This document shows, piece by piece, positions 31,861-34,458 of a stretch of DNA of 34,458 bases. The notes beneath the pieces are model-generated. The model saw only the letters and a list, made by a program, of their open reading frames with translations, was not told the DNA's origin and did not search any database. Position numbers and translations under genes: made by a program. The DNA comes from Nemertoderma westbladi (lineage: Eukaryota; Animalia; Xenacoelomorpha): assembly GCA_032718475.1 (NCBI GenBank), contig JAUCBJ010005818.1, forward strand, positions 1 to 34,458, given 5' to 3'. Position 1 is the stretch's first letter. Each line of letters begins with the position of its first letter.

Positions 31861-33284
31861 AGGGAAAATGGGCGAAGTTGCTTTTTACCAATTACAGTTG
31901 GGAAGGTGACATTACCAATATAATGTCACCTAATAACCAACTCAGGCAACACACACTGCCGACCACGTATAGAGTTGAGAGGCCATAAGCCATCTCAGGG
32001 GACAAAGGGGCTTGCAATTGGGGACAGTGGCAACAGGGAGTGGCGAGATGGAAATTAATTAGGTTAGCCAATGATGGGAGGGGAAAACAGGTGATTGGAA
32101 CGCATCTATTGGCCAGGCCGATCAGTACAGTAAAAGCATTCCGTATTATTTTTTTTATATACACACCATGTCCTGGAATATAGTGTCGTTATTCAAATTT
32201 TTCTACAAATCTTAATGACATTGCATGATATTTGAAACATAGTTACTTTCACGAATTTCAAGAATTTTTACTTTGGGTTTTATTCTTTAGCTACAAGTGT
32301 TTAAAAAAGGTGTCTCCGTCGATATTTCAACAGTTACACCGCAGTTATTCTTCAACCGTATTGTTAAATCTTTTGCGACTAAAAATTCACATTTTAATAG
32401 CAAGGCGCTGTTCTACTCCAAAGCCATAGAACTGCTGGAGTATTTAGATAAGATTTATAAAACTGATGAATTTAGATAATATTATTCCCCAACACCCACA
32501 CGCCCTAACGTGTTCACTTTTGGTATTCACTTTCGGCATTACCATGCCTCCTCCTTAGTGGTTGGAATGCGGCCAATAAGAGCCTTTTTCATTTTCTTCA
32601 CACCATTAAACTCTAGTAAACAAATACTGTATCCAAGCTTCCGATTGGAAGTTGCTATATGAATCGCTATGATTCAGGGTTCTAAGAATTCTTTGCATTC
32701 GATTACTAGGCGTGTTTTATGCTGCATTACGGCTTTCTTTGTTCAGTGTATTCTGCTTTGCTAATAGCAGAAGGATGTTTGGCGATAACATCCGACTTAA
32801 AGTTTATGAATTATAGTAAATTACCAATGCACAACGCACTGGAGTACACCACATACTGACTTACTGTTGTACCTGTTGATTTGTTATATTTGATGGTCAA
32901 TTTATGTATTTGGTAATGATATGGAGATTCTGCAACATTAATACCACATAACTAAGAACTTTGTTTATATTTATATTTAACTAGGTAAGCTTTTGGGTGG
33001 TAAATTAGCAGTCTCGGTTCACAATTCATTGGTGTGCATGAGAATATATATTATCAGATAGCCGCAATGTGTGTGAGCCTGTCTACTCTTTATTAATGAT
33101 AAAATTGTCCCAAGTCAGTAAATCAGGTCTCAGGGTGTATTTCAGTTGGGTTCATAATACCACATCCCTAAAGGATTTGACAAACTATAATTCTCATTAA
33201 TAATCTGTTGTCATTAAGTCATAGTCAAATAGACCTTTCTGTTATCTACATAGAACACAACACCTAAAATAGAACTGTTAATTC

Positions 33285-34458
33285 CAGGCATTATTCCTCT
33301 CCCAACTCCCTTCTGAAGTCCGACGCATCCTTGCCAGTTCGAACACTGTCGACCTCAATGTTCTAGCCACCGATTCCAACCGCATTGTGGAGGCAACCCG
33401 GAACGACCCCATCGACGTTGGAATCGCCAGTGTGCGAAGAAACAATGCTGCCGGAGCTGCGCAGCCTCCAACCTCGAATCTTCCATAAGAAGTTCAGCAA
33501 TGCTGCACAAAATTTCCAACTACAGAGGTTTCCGACTCAGTCACCTTCTCCCCTCCCCATCAACCGCGACTCATGGTTCGAGAAATACTGGGGCTGACCA
33601 CTAAACATCTTCGCAGTTGGCCAGAATGCTTAGAGAACTATGACTGTATGGGATCGTCGCAGTGGCCAAACTTACCTAGTGGATTGCGGAGCGTTCCACG
33701 TAACTTCTCTAATCCTCGGTGTTGATTTCTACTTCGCCATCGACCTCACAGGGAGATCTCTAATCAATATGTCGAACTTTAAAGTAATCCTGACCAAGAT
33801 CGCCTGTTACTCCACAGTTATCGCCAGTATCCACATCAACCCTGTAAGCAGCTCCCCGATGAGTTTCTGGAACTCCTCATCCCGAGTCCGAGTCGACTGC
33901 GGCAACAAACATGGTGTGGAGCACCACATTGTTACTGAGGGACCTCCTCTACACGCGCGTATCCGCAGCTCGACTCTGAGAAACTCGCGGTTGCCAAGGA
34001 CAAGTTCGCCAAGATGGATAATAATCGGTGTCTTTGGTGTCTGACCTACCTGGGTCACAAGGTCACTGTGTATGGGATTCTCCCTCTAGAGGACCATGTC
34101 GATGCCATTCAGAAATAACAGACTCCCGACTCCAAGCTCAGTTCCCCCAACGATTCCTCTGCATGGTAAACTACTATTCCTTGGCATGGAACTATTACCA
34201 TTGCTTTATGCCGAAGTTGGCTGAAAAACTCTGCCCCCTCTATGAGGCAATAACTTGGACTACCCAGTGCCAAACTTCGTTTGAGTCCACCAAGTCGTCC
34301 CTGGCTGCTGCAACCCTCTTACACCACCCCAACCCGACTGCCTCCACGAGTGTCACCATCGATGCCTCCGACCAAGCTGTTGGTCCTAAACTCGAACAGC
34401 TCAATGGTTGTGCATGGCATCCCATTGCGTTTTCCTCTCGCAAACTCTCAGCAGCCGA
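33285..34458 (+). mobile_element. Degenerate Ty3/Gypsy LTR retrotransposon internal region (gag-protease-deleted RT-RNase H), runs off the window
   Basis: Gag-like LPSEVRRILAS; aspartic protease DRRSGQTYLVDCGA...ILGVDF; pre-RT KHGVEHHIVTEGPPLHAR; RT end CVFGV..LTYLGHKVT-like; RT/RNase H LLHHPNPTASTSVTIDASDQAVG..LEQ....WHPIAFSSRKL. Frameshifted, with the RT core missing; no LTR identified. Confidence 0.88.

Noticed and set aside
31892-32479. Short ORFs downstream of the LRR gene
   Set aside because: No recognisable motifs or splice structure.

Overview
Eukaryotic, most likely invertebrate animal, genomic DNA; nothing prokaryotic and no CRISPR. There are three protein-coding genes, all on the + strand: (1) a two-exon MAPKBP1/WDR62-family WD40 gene (5563-7184 joined to 13329-16344, 1545 aa) whose single 6.1-kb intron is mostly a 46-bp satellite; (2) an intronless glutathione S-transferase zeta (21884-22540); (3) a 1029-aa BC-box-like/LRR-like ORF interrupted by 34 copies of a 15-aa S/T/P repeat (28297-31386). 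The rest is transposon debris (CR1-like and RTE LINEs, a piggyBac-like MITE, a fold-back element, a Gypsy relic, a tRNA-derived element) and minisatellites. The standout signal is in the first 5 kb. A non-autonomous DNA transposon with CAG...CTG termini, 29-bp TIRs and a 5-bp TSD is surrounded by more than 20, sometimes nested, scars of the form NNNNN-C(A/T)G-NNNNN. These look like excision footprints of a cut-and-paste family combining a 5-bp TSD with Tc1/mariner-like 3-nt end retention, a combination I do not recognise from the standard superfamilies.
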